Shown here one piece after another: positions 1 to 11,700 of a stretch of DNA of 64,000 bases. The translations under genes and the position numbers were made by a program. The notes below the pieces were generated by a model that did not search any database, was not told where the DNA came from, and worked only from the letters and a program-made list of their open reading frames with translations. The stretch spans positions 57,722,001 to 57,786,000 of the forward strand of contig OZ241827.1 of assembly GCA_965202585.1 (NCBI GenBank), given 5' to 3'. Position 1 is the stretch's first letter; the number at the start of each line of letters is the position of its first letter. Source of the stretch: Thalia democratica. Lineage: Eukaryota.

Positions 1-2519
1 CTTTTTTTTAGTTAGAATTCTACTCAGGATTTTTACCATGCTGCGGATTTTACTTAATCTCGAACCTTAAGCTTAGCATGTTGTTGGCTTTCTATTAACA
101 ATTTTGAATTTGTGTAAAATTTTGTTAAATATTTTTCAACAGGCTTGTTAATACTTACAGTTAAGACGCTAATTAAGGAACGAACAAGTTTGAATATATT
201 GTTAACTGCTTTTTTGCACTAACATGAATTTTATTTCGAGTGTTGAAACAACTTAAAGCTATTACTGGACAATTAACCTCAATTAAACAAATATTTTTTT
301 TTGGAAACACAGCAACTTCAAAGCCATCTAGGACGCCTGATGTTTACAAAACAGCAGTTTAGCAGCTAATTACGCTGAAATTTGCAGTAAAATTGTGTTA
401 TTAGTACAGCGCAAGTCAGCCAAGGTTATATGCTTGTGAGATCTTTTTTACAATTACTTTCCTCAGTGATTAAATCAGCGAGCCACCTACTAACTTTTTC
501 TTATCATCAGACATTTTCAACCGCTTCAACTCTCTTGTGCTACTTAGCTACTTTATATTTTGAACGGATTTTAACGGCAATGCCAGATTTAATTTTGATC
601 TGTATTTAATTGCAACACTAGCATATTGTGAAGTAGCTTTCTGCGAAAGGGAAAGGCATGGCGCGATTAAACTTTTAAATTTATTTCTCATTTAAGTGGG
701 TGGCACGGTTTGAAGTGCACTCGCTTCTGTGTTTGTTTCGAAAACTTTCCTTTTTATCTGAGGGGCGTTTTACTCGCCTCTCGAAGAAGAATGAGATTAA
801 GTCGCTTGACAGCTCCTTAAAAATTTTCACCACGACAGCTTTCAAAGCTTTTTTTTTTCAAGATTCTTTCAGGGTTGAATAATTTCTTTCTGCTCGAAAC
901 CGCTTCCCAGACGACCGCTTCTTTTTTTTTCAAGCAGAGGCAGAAAAACTCAAAACAAGAAGTTCTCTGAAGGGAAAAAATTTAAGTGCTTGGAAGGGAA
1001 TTTCTAATGTAAACTGATGGCGTTTTTAGGGCTTAAACGCAAAATTTAAAAAATGAAAAGTGAACTGTTTAAAAGGCACTCGAGTTGTGACAGAGAAGGA
1101 TTGTACGGTTGCAAGCGAATAAAAATAAAATAAAGTTCAAATAAACATTTGTCATTTCGCAGCAAACTCGTGACTGTTCGTGTAACGCCTACGCTTGTCA
1201 TATTGTATACCGGGAGAAAGTTTTGTTGAGCTTAAAGTAAAATTTACTTGCTTCTTGAATTTTTTTGCTTTAGAAATATTTTTACAACGACTAATTCAGA
1301 ATAAATTTCCGAGAAATAATACTTGTTTTTATTTATATGGTCACTTACACTTAAATCTAATCTAACAAAAAATAAATTTAATGCTTATTCGTATGTTTAG
1401 ATTCTCAAATAAAAAACTAAATTTGAAAAAAAAAACATTTATTTCATAGAAATCTAATTTTAAATAAGCTTACAGCTGTAAACTTGCTGCTATCTTACTT
1501 TTCTGTATCGACCGAGCCAATTGAAAGTATTTGCTCTTCAAATAAAACGCGCTCCTAATTATAGCATTTAATAACTGTGTGCAAGATAACAGCGTCTGCT
1601 GTTTAGAGACTGAGCAAAATGACAAGATATTACATGACACTTGCTTTGTTATATATAGTAAAACAGCTTAAGTCTGAGAGACAATAGTGAAATTTTGACA
1701 TGTTCCCATGCTTTGATGCGATAACACACATTATGTTATGTTTGAAAGTAGGTCTTTTCATAATCGGTAATTATCAGAAATAACTTTATTTGGTAAAATT
1801 TTTGTTTTAACTTCACGAAAATGATTCTTTGTCGATTAATTTAATGCTTTTAAGTTTAAAAGTAACCGTTAATTGAAAAACTTGAAAGTTAAAGTTTTGG
1901 TTTTCGATGTTTTCATACTTAAAGGCTTAAAAGTATCTTTAATTTACATCAGTTTTAAAAGAGTAAATATGTTAAAATATCTTTGTGGTATCATAAGCTC
2001 ATCTGTCAGTACATGTTAAATGATTGATAGATTGTTAAAAGGTACCTGATTTTTTATGTCTGAATAATTAAAATTTTTCGAACACATTTGCAGAAATTTA
2101 ATGCTGCATTAATATAGCACCCTAAGCGCAAAGTATATCAATCATATCAAGTGTTTGTAAACAAAATTAATTAGGTTCTAAATTAAGAATTGGCTCAGTA
2201 GATTGATGTACTTTATTGCATGGTGTAAATAAAAACCTTGCGTGATAAATTATAACAAGCAAGCATCAGTTTACATTGACACGCAAAATTTAAACCAGAC
2301 AAGTCAATAACCTTCATAAACAATTAATCAATCATAAACAATAATCAGTAAACAAGTAAATCCGCTCAATAAATTGCAAATTATAACGCGCAGATAAACA
2401 CATCTCGCGCGTAATTCGTTGATAAGACAGGTAAACACAACTGCCGCTAATAGCCCAACAAAATTCAAAACAAAGTCGGTTGCGCGATCAACGTCGCCGT
2501 AAATAAAACTTCTCTTAGA

Positions 2520-2700
2520 TACACAACAGTGACGTTACAAACAGCGGCTTTTGGCGGGCCTTTGTGACGTAACAACTTCTCACCACGTGCTGTTTGCTCG
2601 CCAACCCCCAGCAGCAGTGGAGGTTTGTGCGCGCAGTCACGCAAGCTTTTGTTTGTTGGAGCAATCACTTCTACCGCTTGCTTCTTTTTGTTCAGCAATT
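2520..2700 (+). promoter_or_regulatory. Putative proximal promoter region of the ADAMTSL gene
   Basis: GC-richer patch just upstream of the candidate ATG, with two CRE/ATF-like GTGACGTT/AAC motifs (about 2529 and 2564) and an E-box CACGTG (2584-2589). Motif-level evidence only. Confidence 0.3.
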
Positions 2701-2728
2701 TGTTTGAATTTTGATAATTTTGAAATTT

Positions 2729-2773
2729 ATGGGATTATTGCGTGCCTGTGCAACTTTGTGTTTTGTTGTTTAC
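2729..2773 (+). CDS. ADAMTSL1: ADAMTSL candidate exon 1 (signal peptide [15 protein letters not shown])
   Basis: Joined in phase 0 to the 3228 exon it gives [20 protein letters not shown]|DE, a plausible signal peptide. The donor (GTTGAT) is weak and the exact boundary is uncertain. Confidence 0.5.
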
Positions 2774-5700
2774 GTTGATCTTAAGTGTTTTCAACGTTTG
2801 AATGGCCTTAAAAGCTGACTTTTCAAACAACAGGTGAATAGAAATACCTTGTTTAAGTAGTTTTGTATAATTCTAATGCATACATTTTGATAACTTAATA
2901 TATAACAAACTTTAAAAAAATAAAAGCATAAATTACAAGCGTAATTAAATAAAAATGATATACCTGAGTTACAAGAAGATTTAGCAAAATTTTTTTTGAT
3001 GGTTTATAAGTGACGGTTATTTATAGAAATTAAAGTTATAGAACTGACCACAAACAATTAAAATAATTAAAAGTACATAAAATTAATTTCTTTGGCAGGT
3101 GTAACATGAGCTTAGCGGCGAATTTAATTTTATTCGATTTAAATGATTGGCAAGTTTTTATTAATCGGTTAGAAAGTGATCATTATGAGCATGATACCCC
3201 TTATATTTAATTTTCATTTTCCTGCAGATATTAGTCAAGGCAGATGAACTCGTGACGTCAGACGACGAGGATTATGACGTGACAGGGGGAAGCGGCGATG
3301 ACGAAGCGTGGAAAAGCGCAGTCAAATATGTAAGATTGAAAATTTTCAAAATTTAAAAAAGTATTAATGATTTAAAAATATGTAAAAACATGTTTTTAGT
3401 TTTTTCAATTTGTTGTTTTTCATATAATTGTATCTTAATTTGTCGTTTTATCATTGTAAAGCATCAGTTCTTATGATTAATTAATTTCAAATGTCAATTA
3501 TTGGTTTGTTTTTAAGCTCTCAGAAATTGTTTTTTGACCTACTTGTAGATTTTTATTATTTTACATAGATTGAATATATTTAATGCTTGTAAATTGTTGT
3601 AAGAAAATTCCATGTATAAAGTTTCTCATACAACACTGTTGATAACATCGCTTGTAAAGTAGGTGAAAGATTATTCAGTTTTAAAACAAGCCTACAAACT
3701 AATGTAGTAGTAAACGTTTAAAGATTAGTTTAATATGAATTTTTAATACTAATAGAAGCGAAATTTTTGGTCAGAATGGTCAAGTTGGTCAGATTGTACA
3801 AAAACCTGTGGCTTTGGAATTTCCAAGTCTTCAAGATCTTGTTTGAAGAAGTTAGAGTTTTTTTAAAATTTACAGTTTTCAACTTTTTCTTTTAAGGATA
3901 GTTAATAAAAATTAGCTTAAGAACTCTTTTTAACTAAAGATCAGAAAACTACAATAAACTTAATAAAATTCTCGTTGATCTTTAAAAACTGTTTGATGTA
4001 AGAAAAAAGCAAATTCGTCATAAAATTTTAGTTCTACAGTAACAGTGTAATTTTTGTATAAAACATCTGTATTATATGTGTTTGTAACATTTTCATTTTT
4101 AAAACTTTAAAATCATTAGAAAAGTTATTTTGTAAAATAAAAACTTTTAATACGTTCGTTGTTTAGTATAAAGTTTTGTTTTGAATTAGTTTAGATTTTA
4201 AAAAAGCTTCTTCCAATTCTCGTTTAGAAATTATTTTATTGCATGTTTTTTACAGAACATGCACTGGAGGATATCATAGGTACAAACTGTGCTCGACTCA
4301 GGTACGTTTTTTACTAAACATAAAGTTAAAAACACTAATACAAACTTATTTAGTCATAGTAAGGTCAGGTATGTTGTTGCGAGTCATAAAAAGCCGCAGA
4401 CACGAGAAAAGCATTCATAAGCGCAAAGCAAACACTTTCCAGTGTGTTGGGGCCCAATAAGGGTATTAAAGTATTTGCAAGGTTCTTGATAACTGCGGTG
4501 CTTGAAAACAGTAGCCGGGTTTAAGAAAAGTTTCAAGTTTCGCAACGTTTTGTTTGTAGAAGTCTTACCAAACCCTTGCATCAACAAAGTCTATTATGCA
4601 GGCGTCCATTGAAGTTATTACCAGATTAGTTTTATGTAAAATGGTGCCAAGATTTCAGCCTTATAACGTAATTGTTACACTGCCACTCTTTAATTAGTCA
4701 TGTTCGTAAGGAGTTGTGCAAAAATTTAAAGTTAATTGTTATCTTAAGGTAATAATTGAAAATATGTAACTGAAGTATGAACTCTTTGTGTATTAACTAA
4801 TTGTAAAAAATATCTTTTGAGATACAGTTAGATACTATAGAAAATAGTTAGAGGTTGTTTATATAACAACTTATTTGAAATGAAAGGCTTTTTTTTAATA
4901 AAAAACTCACATAAATATATACAGACAAAAAATTAAACTTGCAGTCTTCTTTTATCAAAAACTTGAAGAAAACATACTTAAAAAGGAAGCTATTTTTAAT
5001 TCTAAATTAACTTTAAAAGCTAGATTGGTATAACATACAATTAAAAAGACCATCTTATTAAAAACACTTCATTTTATTTAGTTTCTACATGTAGAACAAA
5101 AAATTAACTTAAAATAAAGAAAGTTTGTTATCAAAAAATAAATTGCAGGACTGTCCGCAGTTCTCTGTAAGCTTCAGACAACGCCAGTGCGAAAGTTTCA
5201 ACTCGGCAACTCAAAAGTGGACGCTTCCCGTGCTGACCGCCTCCGACCTCATCGACAACAGGCTGCAGAGGGACCTCAATTCCCACTGCTCCCTCCACTG
5301 CAGGTCGAGCGTGACGAGTAAGGTTGCCATGGTAACCGACAAGGTAGTTGACGGAACCCGTTGCCAGGCGCAAAAGAGTTTCGGGGTTTGCATCGAAGGA
5401 AAATGTGAAGTGAGTGAATAAATAGGATAGGCTTTAATATTTTCTCTTTATAAAAATAACTTAATATAGGTTCAAAAAAGCTTCTCATGAAAACATTAAA
5501 CAATGTATGAAATTTTTTAATTGTGTGGTTTGTTTATTTCTTGAACTTTAAATAGTAAAAGTACAAACGAGTTTCTTAATCAGCCTCATGACAGACACCA
5601 ACAAACTTCCATTGAATTTTCAATTGTTTAGATTAAACGGAGTGCAAAGTTCACATTTTCTCCTTTGGCATTTAGTGCTTTATTAATTATGAAAACAGTT

Positions 5701-8700
5701 TGTTATCAAACGCTGAAGTTTCCTTGCGCACTTGAAACAAAAAGTTCGTCTTTTTATATAAAGTCGGGTTGGTGTGAGAAATTTCTGAGGATTTTATTCA
5801 AAGCACAAAGCCGCAAATTTCTTGATTAAAATACCGTTTGGATTTTCTTAATTTTGCCGAAAATTCCATTAGTTTAATTAGCCTGCTGTGTGCATCTTTG
5901 CTTTAAATAAACCTGAAAACTGTAATATCCATTGTTAGATTTCCTTTTCTTTTGGTTGTTTAAAAAAAGTTGTGGTTGCGAATAATGAGCAATAATACAG
6001 CATTAATAAAGAGATTGCGTGTATCTTGTTGGTGAAAGTTATAAACATAATAAATCGATCATTCACGAAATTATTATTCCGATCATTAACTTTTGCTTGT
6101 CATATGATTTATTCAACCTTATATGGTTCAAAAAGTAAAAAAGTAGTACATTACTTTATCATTACGCTATAAAAATATCCGAAAAGAGCTGGAGTAATTT
6201 ACAATTTTAAACAAATGACGAAAAGTGAAACTCGTTTCTCATTAAAAACTAAAAAACAACAAAAAGGAAAAACTGTAATTGAAACAAGAATTTCTCGGCT
6301 CGTTTGCTAAATCGTTTGTTTAACATAATAGCGAGAATAACCATGTTATTTTGCAATTTACATGTCTATGTGGTCTGCATATGTGATTTGTTAATGTAAA
6401 TGTTGGCTTTATTAAATCGTGAACTAAAATTTTCTTTTACGGAAATTCAAAAACAATTGCATTGAGTTGAGATATTTTCGCTTTAAAACGGTTTAAAACG
6501 TGTTACAGAGGTCGAAATTAAATTATTCGGAATAAGCCATAGCCAAGTTGGAAACAGCAAAGACATATTTCTACTAGTGTGTGTGTTTATCATACATACC
6601 TATTTTATGTTTTTTCGTTTTGTAATCACAAGACGCGATTATTCTTGTGTATCACTTCAGAAGTAGCTGAAAGTATTACGTAAGGAACAGTCGGATAAAA
6701 GTACTGTTTTGCAAGAAGCTATTTCTGATTAATTATGACTCAACAAAACCGAATGCTGTTCAAACAATAGTATTTGCGCAAGTTGTTAAAATATAGCATA
6801 ACCGGATATTTTTGTTTGTTTGTTATTTGTTTTTTGAAGACTTTCCTGTTGTAGTTATCTTGAGTCACACAGAAACTTGATAGCCATAAACAAATGTTCT
6901 GAGCATTTCTGTTCAGGATGTTTTTTACTTTAACAAAGTTATACTTTAACAGAGTTTTATAACTAAACCTTTGATCTACTATACCTTCGGTTGTTGTGTT
7001 TTTTCAAGGAATTATTTATGCAAAATGTATAAAAATGATTTGAAAAAGTTAAAGTATGCAAATAAGTATAAGTTTAATTACTATTGTATTTTATTAGTTT
7101 TTATTAAAAGAAAATATTAAGAACATAAAAGTAAAAAAATCTCTAATTTATTTCTAAATTAGTTTTTTACATTAATTAACACAACAAGCTATTTAAAGCA
7201 CGCTTAAAACTTTTTGATACAAAAAAAAAATCCTTCTACTCCACAGCGGGCGGGATGCGACGGAGTTTTGTACGGAGGAGAAGTTTATGACGAGTGCGGA
7301 GTTTGCGGAGGAGACGGAAGTTCATGCAGATTGATCAGCGGTATTGTGACGTCATCAAGTGATAACGGTACGTAAATATTGTGAATAAAATATGCTTGGT
7401 TTTAAATATATTAGCTGTGAAAAAAGTATGTTCCAAAGTTTTTCAAAAAAAAAAAAGTTAAAAGTTTACTTATCAGCATTGAGAATAAAAAACACTGTAT
7501 CGTTAGTATTTATTATAATTGTTAGTTACAGAGAAATATTTTTAAATGTTGTGCAAGACAATTTTTGCATGGATTTAGTTAACTTTATTTTTTTTAAATG
7601 TAACTTGAAATATTAAAAGAGCGTAATATTGCTAAAAATAAAAAACAATATATGTAAGTTGCAAATGCAAACAATTTTTCTCAGTCTCTTAAAAAATAAA
7701 AAGTTATAACAGATAATAAACTAAAAAAACACTTATTGCTAAATCATTTAGACAGTAATGCAAAGTTAATGTGTTTACAATTGTATAAAAATTATAAATC
7801 TAATGATTGATAATGTTTTACGAAGTGCTTTCTTGGAAAATACTTAAGTTGAATTTTAAATCAGTTTAAAAGGCTATCAAACTGTATTCAACTCCTTAAT
7901 AATCGTAAGATACACTTTTTATATTGCAAGTAGTATTATAAATATTTAAATACGTTTTTAACTTAGTTCCAAATAAAGTTGATATTTTATCTGTGCTGAC
8001 TTAATATCTGTAATAAATCATATATATATATTTAATTTTCGCTGCTTTAAATTTAAAAATACCAAAATTCAGTTTTCACGTGTTTAAGTTGACAAACTAT
8101 TTTTTTAGGTTTTTTATTAATTATAGCTGTTAAATATGGGAAGGGGTCTAAACTACACGAATACAATATTGCACGAGGTTACTTTATTGTACGAGGGGAC
8201 AAAATTGCACGAGAACAAAATTTCACGAGTGTACAAAATTATACAAGTTACAATTTTGCACGAGAGTATAAAACTACAGAAAAAAATTAAAATAAAAAAG
8301 AAATAAAAAACTGAAAATTAATTTGATAAAAAAATTGAAAAAAACAGTTACTGACCGAGGGTTTGGGTTAGGGGTAACAGTGATAGTAAATAAAAAATAA
8401 CTAATAAAAAAAAATAAATAAAAAAGCTACCGACCGAGGGTGAGGGTTAGGGGTAACAGTGATAGTAAAATAAGATAAATATAAAAATAAATAAATTTAA
8501 AGTAAGAAATAAAACATAAAAATAAAAAAATAAAAAAAAATATTTAACTTACCGACCGAGGGTAAAGATTAGGGTAATTTTACCCCCTCGTGCAAAAGTT
8601 TCATCGTGGTGAATATTAATCCTCGTATAATTTTGTTCACTCGTGCAATTTGGTCCCCTCGTACAAATTTGACAGCAACCCGTTAAATATAGTTAACACA

Positions 8701-11700
8701 AAATTAAAACAATGTTCTATTTTTTAATGCACTGCATTTTACTCGTATGTAAATATTTAGTAAAAAAACAGTTATAACTTATTGAAATTGAAATTTTGAT
8801 ATGCAAAAAAACCTATCATAAGTACTTAGAATTAGATACTTTGCTTATTTCTTTTAGTATCATGTGTTTTAACAAAAATTTAATAGAACACAATTAAAAA
8901 ATAACCAGAGGTAACTATTTGTTACATTTTATAAACTTTAATTTAAGTAAATCAATAACTTTTCAGAAACAATTACTGAGATTCCAGCATCAAGCACAAA
9001 CATTATAGTTTCCGCGGATGTTAGCTTCGGTAAATTAGTTTAATTTTTATACATAATATTATATTGAAAGCAATTTATATTTTACTTAAGCTTCTTGTCG
9101 TTATTAAAATTAAAAAAAAACTTTTTTATCGCTCACTTACATTACAAATACTATTTATTACGTTTTAATTTTTTAACAGCTCTATATTCATGTTTAATTA
9201 AAATACGTAGTCATAAATAAAACCAAAAACGATAAATCTAAGCTTCTTAATTTTACAAATACACGACAACTATATTCGGCTTACGTAACAAACTTCATTG
9301 CAGATATAGTATCTGAGGAGAAAAACCTCAGCTTGATAGAAGTGAACGAAGAAGTAAAACAACCGCTAGCTGACGCCGAAGAGCTGTCAAATTTAGACGA
9401 CTTTGTTTACTCTCTCGCAGGGCCGATTAAAGAAAACGCGAAAGTTGTAGTAAGTTTGCATGATGTATTACTAGTAACTTTATAAAATTATGTGCTTGCT
9501 CTTTACTTTTTTCTTTCAATCTTTTTCAATTTATGTTCGTTATATTTTTTCCATTTTTAATAAACACTATTTCATTTAGGTAATTAAAATATCACCTGAA
9601 TTTTGTTAAACAATTGTTTTTATTTGTAAGTTTTAAATCTTTAAAAGCGTTAGTTTAGATTACGTTTCTGCTTATTTTTACTTTAAAAGTATTTATATAA
9701 TAATAAACAGATAGACTTTTTAAGTTAAGGCAAATAACTATATAACAATAAACAAAATATAAGTTTTCCTTTCAAAATCTACAATACTTATACCCATACA
9801 AAAAACACAAAAAATATTAATAAAAGTAAAAAGAAAGCTTACATTATAGAAAACATAAAACTTGTGGTTTAGTTTTTAAATTTACTAAACATCGCAAGTC
9901 TTAAACTTTAGAACATCTGAAATAAATAAAAAATAATTTTATTTTTATGTTTGTTGCTTTTGAAATTACTAGTTAACAGCTAATTTCCTAAAGTAAATTT
10001 GTGTTTGACTATTTGAAATTCTATAATTTTAGTCTAAATTAATTTAACTAACTATAAAATTGTTTTTTTTAAGAAACTTCAGCTGATATGATTATTTCTT
10101 AAACCATACAAAAAACTAGTTTTAAATGTAATTTAAATACTTATATTAGAAAACCTTTTATTCTTAATCAGCTTATAAGTATAAAATTTAAAAAAAACGA
10201 GTTCACATAAACTTTATTACATAAATTGTTAAATGTTGTTTTACTTTCAACGATTATTGAAAAACAAACAAATTTAGCTATTTGTTTTAAAAGCTGTTAG
10301 TATACTTTGTTTGGTAATAGTTAACAAGTTAAACAAGTTAATAAGATTTAACACATGAAAAAACTGTTTTTTAGTTATGTTAGTTTTAAGTATTTCGCGC
10401 TAGAATTTCAAAAAATCTTAAGTTAATTATTAAAATAAAGCATAAGTTTCATGACAATAAATGGTAGAAATGTTTTGTACGTTGAATGTAAAATGCCAAA
10501 AAGATTACCAAACAAAAACTGTAATTGAATAATTCATACTTTGTACAAGCTCCCATAAGCCTTACGAAGTAAATTTATCAGTACGATATTCAAATTTAAA
10601 AAATATTTTCAAGCATAATACGAGCTTGTGTCATTTCATAATTGTAGTTTATCATGCATTTTCATACTAAAATGTCCACATAAAAATAGTTTTACTACTA
10701 AAATAAATTAATAAATGTGTACACACAAAAGGCAGAAATAAACTATGTCAATAATTTTTTATAAATTTAGAAAAAGAGCAATACGAATATATTTTGTGTT
10801 CATACTTGTAAATATTATTTGTACTTACTGTTTTAACAGTCTCACAACAAAATATGTTGAATTTTTTATTTAAAAATAATCAAAGTTATATTATAACAAG
10901 TTCAATAAAAATAAATTAACATTTACAAACTACTAACAAAGTATTTAAAATAAATACAATAAACTCGAGTCTTGCAATGAAGCAAGTTGTTTCTCTGCTA
11001 CAGTGTCTTTATTTTCTATTTTAGGTTGAGTAAATTATCAAAGCTTTTTAAAAAAAATTAAAAACAAATTAAAATTTTTAAAATACTGTAGGTAAAACGA
11101 CAGACGATGTTGGTCAACAGAATGTGCCCGTTCATTCAGGGATGCAAGCATCCGCACGAGGGCGCCAGAACCATCAGATACAAATACTACAAACTGAAAC
11201 CTGTCATCTGGTCGCTGCCCGTTGCTACTGGCAACCACGCTCCTTGTTCGGCCACTTGCGGCGATGGTGAGTCATTTGCATGTTTTAATAATTAGCAGTT
11301 GTAACAATTAGTAACTAACTAGTTGTTTTTCAGTTTGTTTATATTGGTTGTATTTGTTAGTAAATTTGTTTCTTTACAGAAGCTTTTAAACACTTTTAAT
11401 TATCTTTTACTTTTTACATTTGAGTTTAAAGTAACATTGCAAACTTCTGTACAAACCGATTAAAAAATAGTAAATATTTTGTTTTCTACTAACTTAAGTA
11501 TTTTAAATTATACACACGAGATTCTATTTGAACAAGGTTTTTTATATAATTACTGACGAGGTCTTTGACCAAAAAGTATTTTTTCTTCTTCAAAGGTTGA
11601 GATCTTTGTATTTGTTTTCGAAAAAACAAAACAAATAATATTATACAAATAAATGTATTTTTAAAATATTTAGTTGACAATTGTAATATATATGCATATA

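Noticed and set aside
3106-3167. Alternative start exons (MSLAANL... or MIGKFLLI) before exon 2
   Set aside because: The GTTAGA donor at 3168 gives stops in the 3228 exon or too short a signal peptide. The region may be 5' UTR or an alternative exon, but it is unsupported as CDS.
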